This document shows positions 27,061-38,763 of a stretch of DNA of 64,000 bases, in pieces. How positions within the stretch are numbered: the stretch's first letter is position 1; each line of letters starts with the position of its first letter. The notes below the pieces were generated by a model. It did not search any database and was not told the DNA's origin. It saw only the letters and a list, made by a program, of their open reading frames with translations. The stretch is from NCBI GenBank assembly GCA_900088475.1, contig FLMG01000761.1, positions 62,001-126,000 on the forward strand. The letters run 5' to 3'. Source of the DNA: Hyphochytrium catenoides (taxonomy: Eukaryota > Protista > Hyphochytriomycota). The position numbers were made by a program, and so were the translations under genes.

Positions 27061-28641
27061 GATAGTTCTGCTGACCGCTCTACTACGTGGTTCTTCGCCT
27101 CCTGCAGACGGCTTACCTAGATAGTGTGTAAGTACTAGACAATCGCAAGAAAGCAACCTGCTGGAAGCGGCAACACTGACTCCGGCCAATGGTCAGTCGC
27201 TCCCAACAGGCCACGACGTACTTTCTTAAGTTTAGAAGAGGAGCTTCCGTTGAGCAGTTCACTCTGCTGTGAGTCAGCATCACTCAGCCTTCATCATCCT
27301 TGTGTTGCGCCAACAGCGCGAGGAAGAAAGACAGCGTATGGGAGTACTGTACGAAGAAAGAAATAGTCGGCAAAATCTCTCATAAGAAGGTCCAGCCAGA
27401 GGAGACAACGCGGTACTCTGACCTCCAAAGAGGCAGGTATCCGAAAGTAGCATCCGATTCAAGGACACCTTCACTTTTGCGTTACAATTAAAACTGGGAA
27501 CGAAGGGGGTTAGGCCACTTCGTTTCGGCAGCTTGCACGAAGATAATCCAATCCAGGAGGGTCACCCTTCCATTCTACAGTACTGTACGTAACAGTGCAC
27601 CAGACCTTTTTCGGTTATCCCAATTTCCAGTCTTCGGTTGCTTCTTCTATGTTCGAAATAATAAGCGCTGAAACTCCCTTATTCTTTTGGACATGGCTAG
27701 TGGTACCCTTATTTTGCAACAATGAAGGGAAAAGCCAGTGTTTATTACTGTAGGTCGAGTCACCTGCGGGGCTGTGAGGCTTTATGAGGGGGAGGAGGGA
27801 CGGAAAGGTAACAAAAGGGCGACGGGCGACGGAGGGAGAAGGGAGAAGGAAGCTTGGGCGCCCATTTTCACGTTGGACAGGACGGGGACCATCACCCACA
27901 ACATGTTTGCATGCGTGAACTATTCAACGAAGAAAGTTAGAGAACGGGCTAACTCTAATATACTAGGCGAAATATTCCCTTCTCTTGAAATGAAGTATTG
28001 CGGAGGACACAGCTGGGGTACGAACGAGGATATTAACCACTGTCATAGTAATCAGGGTTACCCATATCTCAGGAAGTTCCGTTCGGGTTCCGAATGGCGA
28101 AGGATTATTGAAGTGTAATCAGGGTCAGAGTGCGCTTAGATCTATCATATGAAAAGCTTGATTTTAGGGTTAACCCGGTTCACTTCCAGCATGAGTGCAA
28201 CTGAAGAAAAATTTTGCTCGTCCTTCCTTCTCCTTCGCTTTGGCTCTCTGTTCCTCTGTCTCTTGACCACTCTGTCTCAAGGCGCGCGGCTTCCGTTTCC
28301 TTCTGTCACTCGTTTCCCATCTTCGTCACTCTGTCTTGCTATCTCTGGGTTTTCTTGGGGCTGCTCCTATCATCAGATAGATCTTCGCGTCGCCTCATTG
28401 TTTATTGAGCGATCTCAATGCTTCCACAGAGAGAGAGAGAGAGAGAGAGGAGAGAAGAGAGAAGAGGAGAGAGACAGGAAGTACGTTGGTTGCAAGGAAG
28501 GAACTAAGGAAAAAGCCTTCCAACCTCCGGTCGGAGATTGACAGAGAAGGAAAGCAGAAAGCTTCATGGGCGTTGCTGAGTCGAGACGGAGAAGCTGTGC
28601 AATAACATTATTTGCTGCCATCCTGTCTTCTGACTGCACTT

Positions 28642-31600
28642 ATGAACAGTCAGACGACATACGACCAGACTATTGACGATAGCATCCGGGAACCTTTGCT
28701 CAGACGAGAAAGAGAAGACGAGACGTCTCCCTTTCTTAACATAGATCCGTCTTCTTCAGAAAGAGCTGCCAGTCAGCAGCAGGGGCCTCGAAGACGAGTG
28801 GGAGGAGGTTCGAATCCACAGAGCCCCCAAGGACCCCAGGTAACCCGGGAAGCCTCATTGTTTATGGCGGCTAACATTTGCCACGGGTTTATGGTCGTGC
28901 CACGCGATTAACTCTTTCTGTCCGCCACTATTACGTCTCTGTGGATGGGTTCCCCTTTACGGGCCGAGAGGCCTGCTCGCTGTTGCATATTCACGCCTCT
29001 ATTCCCTTTCCCGTCATCAGCACTGGAAAGCACCTGCTAAGACATCTCTGTCTTCTCTTCTATCTAACGGTTGCCAATGTCTGCACAATGGTTTATCCTA
29101 TCCTTTGGTGCCAGAAGCCATCATACAGCACAATGGGACCCAGGAAGGTGGTGGACAGGAGCTACTATGACTTGATGGGAATCGACCCATCAGCTTCAGA
29201 AGAAGACATCAAGCGGGCGTACCGACGGAAAGCCTTGCAACTTCACCCCGATAAAAGAGGCAACTCCCCTGAGGCACAGGAGGAGGTAGCACACTTAGCT
29301 GCTCTTGCATTTAACATTTACTTCCTATTTGAGTTGGCTATATCTAGATTGTCCACGATCGCAGTGCATCATCTTGGATTGCCTTTTCTACTTCTCTAAC
29401 CTCTGTTCCTCAATCCCTGATCGTGACTTATGAGGGTTCTCTGTCTCTTTTCTCTCTCTAAACCCTAGTGGACTCGCTCAAATCTCTTAGACCTATGTCT
29501 GTCTAGTTTGCGAGCTTGCTCAGCCAGAATCACCTCTCTTATGTGCCCCGCTACCTACGTTATTGGAATTGTCATTTTGTTATCTAAGCCTGGACGCCCT
29601 TAAGTCTAACCAGAGCTTGATACTGTCTGCAGTTTACACGGATGAAGCAAGCTTACGATGTACTATCAGACCCAAACAAAAGAGAGATCTATGACAAGTA
29701 AGGCGCCTTCTGTTCCTCTGTCTTTCTTTGGTCAAGCTTTGTTCGTTGGTCTAAGCAAACGCCTCTTCAATCTCTCCAAACCCTTCCCAACGCATCTACA
29801 TATCTGTCGCCCTCTACGCCAATCTCTTCATTGTGTACTTACGTGGTCACTCTTCGTACGTCTTCACAGCTATCTGATGTTCTCCACAGTGAGCAATTGA
29901 CTCTTGCGTCCCCTACCTGACACACTCTCTTTCTCTCACTCTCTCACTCTTGTGTTCTGTTTCACATAGTATGGGGGAAGACGGTCTGAAAGTTATGGAA
30001 GAGTTTGATAGTCTAGATCCGGAGACATTTTCCGTCCTGTTGATGCGATCTTTTCTTGCTTCGAGCAAAAAGGCGCGGTTTATCTTCATCCTGGTTCTCC
30101 TCCTAGTTGTGGGCTTTATGACCCTCTTCCCCATCCTTCTCTGTCTCTGGCTCGATGGCATCATCCACACCAAGTTTGCTGTTGTTATGTTGCCCTTATG
30201 GCTGGGAGATGCAATAGCTCTTTGGTGCGTTGGCTTCAATGCTGCGGCCCCAGGGGAGGGAGGAGAGGACACAGAAAGTAAAGCAGGAAAGACGCACTGG
30301 AAGAAGATGTGAGTGAATCTTTGTCTGAGGCATATTTGGGATCATGGTAGCCTCGCCGTCGTTGTTTATCCATTTGCCGTCTCACTAGAAGCTTAGTCTC
30401 GTATCTGCCTTACCTCTATCCGCCACACCTACCTTAGCAAGGTGTCTCCCGCCCGCATTCCTTTCTCTATATGCTATCGCAGAGCGTCCCCTCTTTCAGG
30501 CTTTCGGCATTTGGTCCTTCCCTCTAATAACTCTTTTCCCTCACTACTAGCAAGCTTCATAAGTCAGCTGCGGCACAGGGCACTCAGCTAATGCTACATT
30601 GTCCTAACGCTTAATTGCTGCTCTTTTTCTTTGGGAATCTTCTATTCGTAGCTCAAGAATGGTCAAAGCCTTCTGTGCTGTTCTGCTTCAGATTTTTGTA
30701 TGCTTGCGGATAGATGGAGTGATCCATTGGTCAGCCTTTGCCTTGCTGGCCCCCTGGTACGCGTTTGAGGTCCTTCTACTGGCAGAGAAGGCCTCTGTGG
30801 GCTATCGGGTCCTAAGAAGTATATCTCTCTCCGCTAGAAGAGCTGACAGGTCAATGAGCTTACTGGCTATCTATTGTTGGGTGACTCCTCTCTAGTGCTT
30901 TTGCTTCATGCTTTGCTCCCTATCAGTTGCCTTTGCTGGCATCTCCTTCCAAGCCGTCTTTCTTCCCTGCTTTCGTCTCAGTCGCACTTGCGGTATGTGT
31001 GGACCGGCAGGTCGAGGCAGTCGACTGCCTCTCCATTGCTGCACTCCCTCCTTTCAGTAAATATGGGTCTCTTTGAGCTTTCCTATAGCTCCTATCGCTG
31101 GTCAACATGCACTTGCTTGAGCTGCTCTTCTCCAAACTCCATCCGCATCCTTGACTTTCGTCTGGCTACTAGTCTCGCCCTCTGAAAGTTGACTCGATCT
31201 CTCTAAATTATCACATCTCTTTAACTTGTAGGGACCCAGTGATATCGGAGAAGCGTTCCTCTGCTGTTTGGTTCAAGCTCGCTTTCAGCCTTCTGTGGAG
31301 CCTTTCCCGAATCGTCCTAGGTGTACTAATAGCCCTTAGAATTGACGGCACATTGCGAATTAGCTGGTGGCTTGTCTTCCTCCCGCTTTGGCTAGCTGCC
31401 GGGATGGACATTCTTAAGCAACTGTTAGACTGCGGTGCCTCGAGCGATGCCAGCAAAAAGAAGACAGAGAGTGAAGAGGTTAGTAGCACTCTGTGAACTG
31501 TCAATCTATTTTGTCGCTTTGACCATCTTCTCACACTTTTTCTGGCTTAATGGTCACTAACTGTTGTTAGCTCAATGTCTCTTTCGGTTGCCGACTCGGT

Positions 31601-32264
31601 GCCTGATGGTCCTCGATCTCCCGCTCTTTCTGTCTCTCCCTCTATCTGCCCTTGGTTATCTGTGCTTTTTGTCTGATGCTTTGCATATTGCTCTCGGCTG
31701 CGGACTTTGTAGGAGACCGACCAGTTCACTACCTCTGCGACCTCTGAGGATAGCGCCACGCACGAAGAGCCAGGAGACACTGCAGCGACCGCCTTTATGA
31801 ACCTTATCGTCATCGCTATCTGGTTATCGACCTCAATCATCATCGTGGCTCTCATACAGGGCAACAGAGGCTTTTCTGCTTTCTACGCGGCGATCCCAAT
31901 TTTTATAGTGGTAAATGAGGCTCTCTATGATTCTCCAGGATTTCGTTGCACTAGACTTTGCCATGTAGCGCATGGATTCTCTTCATAGGCTACGGCCCTT
32001 CTTCAGGCTATTCCAGTCATGCTCCTCTTCTGCTCTCGTCATCTAATGATCAACGCTTTTCGTTGTCTAACACGCTTTGGCCTATAGATTGGACTTGTCT
32101 TGTTCTGCGTACTATGCCAGGTGATGTGCATGACAGATCGCGGACAGGATCAGGCGGAGTCACCGCACACGCCGAATCACCCAGATTCCTCAGTTCCCTA
32201 TTACAACGACCAGAAGGGCCAAGCTTCTCAAGAGAAAGGAAATGGCGGAGAGACAAGAGTGTAG
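28642..32264 (+). CDS. DnaJ-domain multi-pass membrane protein with TMEM185/TMEM60-like repeats
   Basis: J domain YYDLMGIDPSASEEDIKRAYRRKALQLHPDK..|FTRMKQAYDVLSDPNKREIYD. It is followed by repeated L.LDG...W..V.LPLW units (LWLDGIIHTKFAVVMLPLW, LRIDGVIHWSAFALLAPW, LRIDGTLRISWWLVFLPLW). Stop TAG at 32262-32264. Confidence 0.8.
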
Positions 32265-33021
32265 CACGAGAGAGAGTTTGCTGGAGATAGAAGGCTCAGC
32301 TATTCCATTCTCTGTACGATACTACTACCTTTATCTTTTCCGTTAGGAGAGAGCTCTTCGGAGGCGGAATGTACAAAGCCGAACTGGCTCCTTTTGTTTT
32401 TTGTAAAGAAGAATAGTTTGCCTCAAGCCCACGTTTCGTTTCTCCATGTCGTTTCGTTTCTACGTCTTTTACTGTTAGCTCGTCTCTCTTACTGTTAGCT
32501 CGTCCTGTTCTATGGTCACACAGCATCAGCTCCCTTAAAAAGCGTCTCTCTGCTGGTGAGCTCCCAACTGTAGATCCGCGCTCCACCTTACATCTCCGCA
32601 TCTCTCCCGCTTCTTACAGTTGCGAGCTGAGAGGAGCTTGTGAGCTCGGTCAACACTGCACTGCAATTTGCATCTGGCAACTGCACGGTGAACTACTGGC
32701 CTGGGCTTGGGGCTTGGCTGACAGAACTCTTCAAGAATCTTGGCGCATCATCATCACTTCTCTCTCATCATCCTATTTCTCCGTGTGGCTGCCCTTGCAT
32801 GAAGTTCAGTTTGTGAGGCTTTGGCTCTTTGGCTTCCCGCTTGGCTTCAATCTTCAAGCGCACCTTTGAGAAAAACCATCATGAAATCAAAGTGCAGGTG
32901 CGTGCGCTCAAGTGGAAGCAAGCGGTTTCCGCTAGCAGACAGATGGTGATAAGCGCACGGTTTTACGCACTACAATGCGCACAAGATAATTGGACCCGTA
33001 ACGACTAGTATTTTTTCAACT

Positions 33022-33043
33022 TTCAAACCTCTCTCCAACGGTT
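33022..33043. promoter_or_regulatory. CHR-like TTCAAA plus perfect MSA element TCCAACGGTT upstream of kinesin-8
   Basis: TTCAAA at 33022-33027 and a YCYAACGGYY match at 33034-33043, about 840 bp before the ATG. A 5'UTR intron probably lies in between. Confidence 0.45.
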
Positions 33044-33878
33044 ATGATGAGGGACAGACAGGGAGCAGGAGAGAGGACGGAATAGGAGAGAGGGAAGAAG
33101 AGAGAGAGAGACAGAACAAGAGAGAGAGACAAAAAGAGAGAGAGAGAGAGAGAAGAGAGAAAGAGTGGAGAATGAAACAGAGACACAGAGAGAGAGACAG
33201 AGAGAGAAAGAAAGGGGGAGAGACCTCCAATGAGTGAGCAAGAAGAGAAAGCGGCCCGCCGTCTTGGTGCAGGAGGTCCCAGCAGCTACCTCGCCTGATA
33301 AAGGCAAGCCAGGCCGCGCTTGTGCGATAGCTCCAGCGGATTATTCCTAGGATTATGACCCGAGGACACACGGCCATCGACTGCCGCTTGTTCATCACAA
33401 ATTTCTCTTTCTCTTCCTTGTAGTTGGGCTCCTCGGCTCTTCTTGAAGTGCATTGGCCAGCCGCACTCGGGCAGGGCTCTAGCGCCATAGACAGCAGCGT
33501 TGGCCTACACGCTGACCATGTTTGGTTGCTAGGTAACCTTCCTCTTCCTTCTTTCTTTCTCCCCTTGTGTCTCCTTCGGTCTCTTCCCCTCGCTCCCTAT
33601 CTTTCAATGTCTTCGGATGCCCAGAGAGAGCTCTGTCTCGACTTGGGTTTTCTTTAGAGTGGGCTGTTCTTTCTCTCTCTCTCTCTCACACATCACGCTT
33701 GCCTACCGGTCAACTAGATAGCTCTCCTCTTCCCTACAATGACCGAAGCGTGCTCGACCACCGCCCTTCCCTTTTCTCTCCTTTGACGACAATCCCATGC
33801 ATATCTTATTAACATGGCGTGCTTTCTCTCTCTCTCACATACTCTCTCTCTCTTTCCATCAGACATTAGCCTGCAAGA

Positions 33879-34402
33879 ATGACCACAACGGACAGGGAGG
33901 GGCCTCCGCCCTCGATGGTGGTATGTTGCTAGTTTGCTTTTGTTGCCTTGACTCTCGCTGTCTCCTTTTTGTCTGTCTCGCTTCTCTCTCTCTCTCTCTG
34001 TCTCCTGCTCTCCCTCTCCCAACCTCTTCCCCGTTTATCAACCTCATGCACTGCACGTTCGAGAGTGCTTGTCTTCTCAGATGCGACCGCTGTGCTGACT
34101 ACTTGCCTTCCGTATGCCTAGGTTGCAGTACGCGTGAGACCCCTTTCTGCCCGGGAGCAGGCAGAGGGCCATCGTCCCTGTTGTGAGGTCCACGGAGAGG
34201 TGATAACCTTTCTCTTGTTCCGCTTCACTGTTCCGCTTCACTCTTCTCCCTGACATCTTCCTTATCTCTTTTTCGAAATGGTCTCTTTCTCCTTTGAAGG
34301 AGGTGACTCTTTCTGTGAGTCTTCTGCCATCGGTTTGCTTCCTCTTTGTTCTGCTCCTAATCCCTCTTGTAAATCTCTCTTCTCTCTGTCTTCTCTCTCT
34401 TT

Positions 34403-34441
<39 letters not shown>

Positions 34442-34818
34442 NNNNNNNNNNNNNNNNNNNNNNNNNNNNNNNNNNNNNNNNNNNNNNNNNNNNNNNNNNN
34501 NNNNNNNNGCAAGGACAAGTTCATGAGTTTGCCTATGATTACGCCTTCGGCCCAGAGGTAAACCGGTGACTCCTTTCCCTTGCCCTCTTTGCCTCTCTCT
34601 TTCGTCTCACCTCATACTTTCCTCGTCTTGTAGGCAAGCCAGGCGCGGGTCTATCAAAGTACCGCCAAGCCTCTGATTCCTTACCTGCTGGAAGGATACA
34701 ATGCCACCGTCTTCGCGTAAGCCTTGTGGATCCTCTCACTTCTCCACTACTCACCTTATATCCCTGCTGCCAGCGATATTGTCATTCTCTGCTTACCAAG
34801 ATGGGGTCCCTCTCTCTC

Positions 34819-34851
<33 letters not shown>

Positions 34852-36195
34852 GCCCTGCCGGCCTCGCTGTCGTGTTCATCTGCCTACTCAGTTATGGCGC
34901 AACGGGAGCCGGCAAAACCCACACTATGATGGGCTCCGAGAGAGATGGGGATAACTCCCGGTCCAAAAGCTTGGAACATGGCAGCGGCATCATTCCCCAG
35001 TCTCTGTTTGAAATCTTTAACCTCATTGAACAGAAAAGAGGAACAGATTCAGCTAAAGTAAACCCGCTGACCTCTCTTTCCACTATCTGCGTATCTTCTT
35101 TCTGTCTGTCTCTCACTTTCTCATAACTTTGGAGAAGGGCCGTGAGTCTCATTTTAAATGTCCCTCTCCACGTCCAGTCTCTTCTGTCTCTCGTTTTGCT
35201 CTCCGGCAGCTCGCAGTCCCATTTCTGACTCCTGTCGCACAGTACGGGTTGGAATCCTCCAGCTGGAAGGTGATGGTATCTTATTTGGAAGTGTACAATG
35301 AGCAGATCTACGACCTGCTCAATCCCTCGACGAGGACTTTGCAGATTAGGGAGGATGCAGGTCCACAAGCCCTCTTCTTCTGATGACTTCTCCACAGTTC
35401 TGCTCCTTCTTTCTACTGCCATCATGTGCTTTCAGTGATCTCTTTGTCTCTAGTTTTTGCCTTTCTTCTCACGTCTGGTCGGTTAGTAACTGGGATTCCT
35501 ATCCATTTACAGCCCAAGGTGTGGTCCATGTGGCCGGTCTGGCGGAAATAGAGGTACAGAATGCAGGAGAAGTGATGGATCTCCTCCGAAGGTAAAGGAA
35601 AGGACTTCTTCAATCTTTGAAACGAGTGTGATAACCTTCCTGGGTGGACATCGTCTCTCTTCTTGCTAACTTACCTCTCACACGCTGATCACCCCATGCA
35701 GGGGAAACCAGCAAAGGAAAACAGAGCCCACGGCCGCAAACCAGGTGAGTTCCCCCTGAAGTAGAAATTGCTGGGGCCAGGCTTTTCTAGCAGTGTTCCT
35801 GTCCAACTTCTTCAGTTTTCCTATCTCTAACTGCTGCTGCTTCTGCCCTCTAATGTGATTTCTAGGTCTCCTCAAGATCGCACGCTGTACTGCAGATCAC
35901 TGTGAAGTTCTCCTCAGTGCAAGCTGGGCAGAGACTAAACAAGGAAGGAAAACTATCTCTCATTGACCTGGCGGGCTCCGAAAGAGCCTCGAAAACCCAG
36001 AACAGAGGGATAAGGCTGCATGAGGGAGCTAACATCAATAAGGTCAGCGCCGCACTTTGTGGATTGATGAACGTCACTTCCGTCTCCTCGTGACTGAGAC
36101 TGCGTTGCGTTGAGAGTCCCTGAAGCTTGTCCCTGAAAGAGTCTCTTTCGACCTCGCTTCCTGCCATAGTTCAAGTTGATCTCTTCGCGTACTTT

Positions 36196-36228
<33 letters not shown>

Positions 36229-38518
36229 TTAGCTATAAATCCACCAGGTCGTCCCGTCTCTCACATCCACCTTTCTCCTGTCCTCTCGGTCTCTGGATCT
36301 CTCAGTCTCTTCTGGCCTTGGCAAACTGCATCAATGCCCTTGCAGCGAACAGTGGATTGGCGGCCACTCCTTCCCTCTCCTCTTCTTCAACCTTCTCTGC
36401 ACTAGACAGCTTTGCGACCCCTGCAAGAGCCACCAGAAGCATCAGGCGATCCATCCGTGTCCAGTACAGAGACAGCAAGCTAACACACCTACTCAAGGTC
36501 ATCTCGTTGTCCTTTCTCTCGCCTTCAAGAAGTCCTCATGATCCCTTCTCCGATCCTCTATTTCTCACTCTGCTAACCTTTATCTTCTCTTGCTTGCTGC
36601 GTCTCTAGACCTCTCTAGAGGGTAAGTGCCGCCTGGTTATGATCGCCAACGTTAGCGCTGCGAGCTCTTCGTTCGAAGAATCTCTAAACACTCTCAAGTA
36701 AGACATGAAGCCATCTCGTCCCACCGTTCTTGTGCATTGCTTCTCTTCCTTTCGCTCTGTAACCATTCAGCTGCCAATCTGTTCTCGCGATTCTGCAATC
36801 TGTTAAGCCCGTTCAGGCAGACAAATGGCTCTTCTTTTTCTCCCCTAAGCCTTGTCTTTCGTGCTTTGCCTCTCTCTCGCTTTAGATATGCAAACAGAGC
36901 AAAGAACATCAAGGTTGTGCCAAAGGCCACTGTGATGACGGCAGAGCTATCCAACCTCCAGAGAGTTACGAGGCTGGAGGAAGAAAACGCCCAACTGCGC
37001 GAGAAGGTGGCATCTCTCCTCGCGTCTCGAACTCCTGCCCCGTCAGCAGTGCAGCCTTTCCTAGATCAAGGGAAGGAGAACGCCCCGCCTTCTGCCCGGA
37101 AAAAGAAGTGTCTCACTCCTGAGCCCTCCAAGAAGGTCCCACCTGGTCAGTAGACTGAACGGCTTAAGGATGGTGCCTCTCCAAGGCTCCCTGGGGTATA
37201 AGAACTCATCCCCGCATCCTTCTTTGTTGTCCTTATAGAATCGGAAGCCCTTACTGGACTGCAGCTACATGCGCTCTCCCTCTCGTCCACCGCGAAGAAG
37301 GGCAGTAGAAAGAGGGCGCTCCAACCTCCTTGCGAGACGACACAGGAAGAGGAAGAAGAGTTCCTTTCTCCTAAAAAGAGGGCCAGGAGGACACCAAGCC
37401 GAAACCGCAAGAGAGGCGCACCCGAAGACGAAACGGCACAGGAGACGATAGCAGATCTTAAGGTAAGCACTCAAGAGAAGCCGCACTACTTCTGCCATGT
37501 GGTTTGACCTACGTATGTCGCTCTAGCTATGGTAGAACTAGCTTCTTTGTCTCTTCCTTTACCTGTCAGCTCAGCTTAACAGGTTTGTCTGCGTCTCTGC
37601 TCCTCTTTGGCGAGCTAGGAACGTTTGAAGGAGCTCCAAGATGGAAGACGTGTCATGCTGGCACTGATAGATTCTCTGCAACAAAAGCTGGCGACGGCAG
37701 AGGCAGACAAGAAGGCTGCAGAGGAGAAAGCTGCTCTTGTTCTTACCCGTACCGCTTTGTCTCTTGAGGGAGAAAAAGAAGTGGCCAAGGTGCAAAAGTG
37801 CACCTTGTCCGTCACTCCTGGCTCTCAAAAGCACGTTCAGACAGAGGGAGAGAAAGAGAGAGTACGAGGAAGACGGAACTCTCTTCTGCCGGCCCCAACT
37901 CCTGCCTATAAGCTCCGCCTGAGGGCGAGAGAGAGCATTGGTTCCTATTTGCCCACCCCTTGCCGAGATCTCTCTAGGATGGAGGAGACAGAGACCCAAA
38001 GCCAACCTGGAGGCGAAGGAGGAGAGATTATTGACACAGGAAGAGAAGAAGGCCTGCGGAGGAGCAGGAGAAGAGCCAGTCTCATCCCTCGTCTACCTTC
38101 GTACAGCAGCGGCAAGCTTCTAACACCTGCCAGTAAAGAAAATGCCACCGCACTCCATGGCAGCGCCAGGTAAATGAGGCTCAGGAGACTGTTCAGAACA
38201 AAGGTTTTACAGAGAATAGGCGACATAGCGGGAGGGCGACATAGGGAGCAGGCGATAGAGAAAGACAGCGAAAGAGGAAGCAGGCAGGAGAGAGTAGAGG
38301 CCACAGAGAGGAGACGATTCTCTAGGAGTCACTGTATGTGGCCCAATGGACTAACTAAATGCCCGCATTTCAGCTCTAGGTTCTCTTCCAAGCTTCCCAT
38401 GGGAGTGAAGACCCGATCAATGACGGCTGTTCTGGAGACGCCAGAAGAAGAGGAGGCAGCTCCGGCCCATCCTACTTCCCAGAGAAAAATCCTCAGAGAG
38501 ATCACGAACCATGAGTGA
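33879..38518 (+). CDS. Kinesin-8 family motor (KIF18/KIF19-like), multi-exon, part of an exon lost in an N gap
   Basis: [24 protein letters not shown]|[31 protein letters not shown]|[37 protein letters not shown]|[31 protein letters not shown]. Coiled-coil tail with KEN and D-box motifs. Confidence 0.93.
34442..34508. other. Assembly gap (other gaps at 39414-39444, 43384-43449, 49600-49672)
   Basis: Runs of N, three of them next to CT microsatellites or CT-rich tracts. Gaps interrupt the kinesin-8, ALDH12 and New1 genes. Confidence 0.99.
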
Positions 38519-38763
38519 GGCGGTTGACTGTGAAGAAAGTATAAAGACTAATCAAGCGATACAAGCCTTTGCAAATGCTTTGCTCTACCGATAGGCTACA
38601 CCTAGACGCGGCATAGTCAGACCGCCAAGGCACCTAGTGGGGGAAAGAGAGGAAAAAAGACCTGGGGACCATAGTACCGAGTAACAACATCAGAAGAGAG
38701 AAGGAGGTAACCATGGACGTGGGACTGATGTACTTTATTATAGGAATGTAAGGAGTTGCAGCT

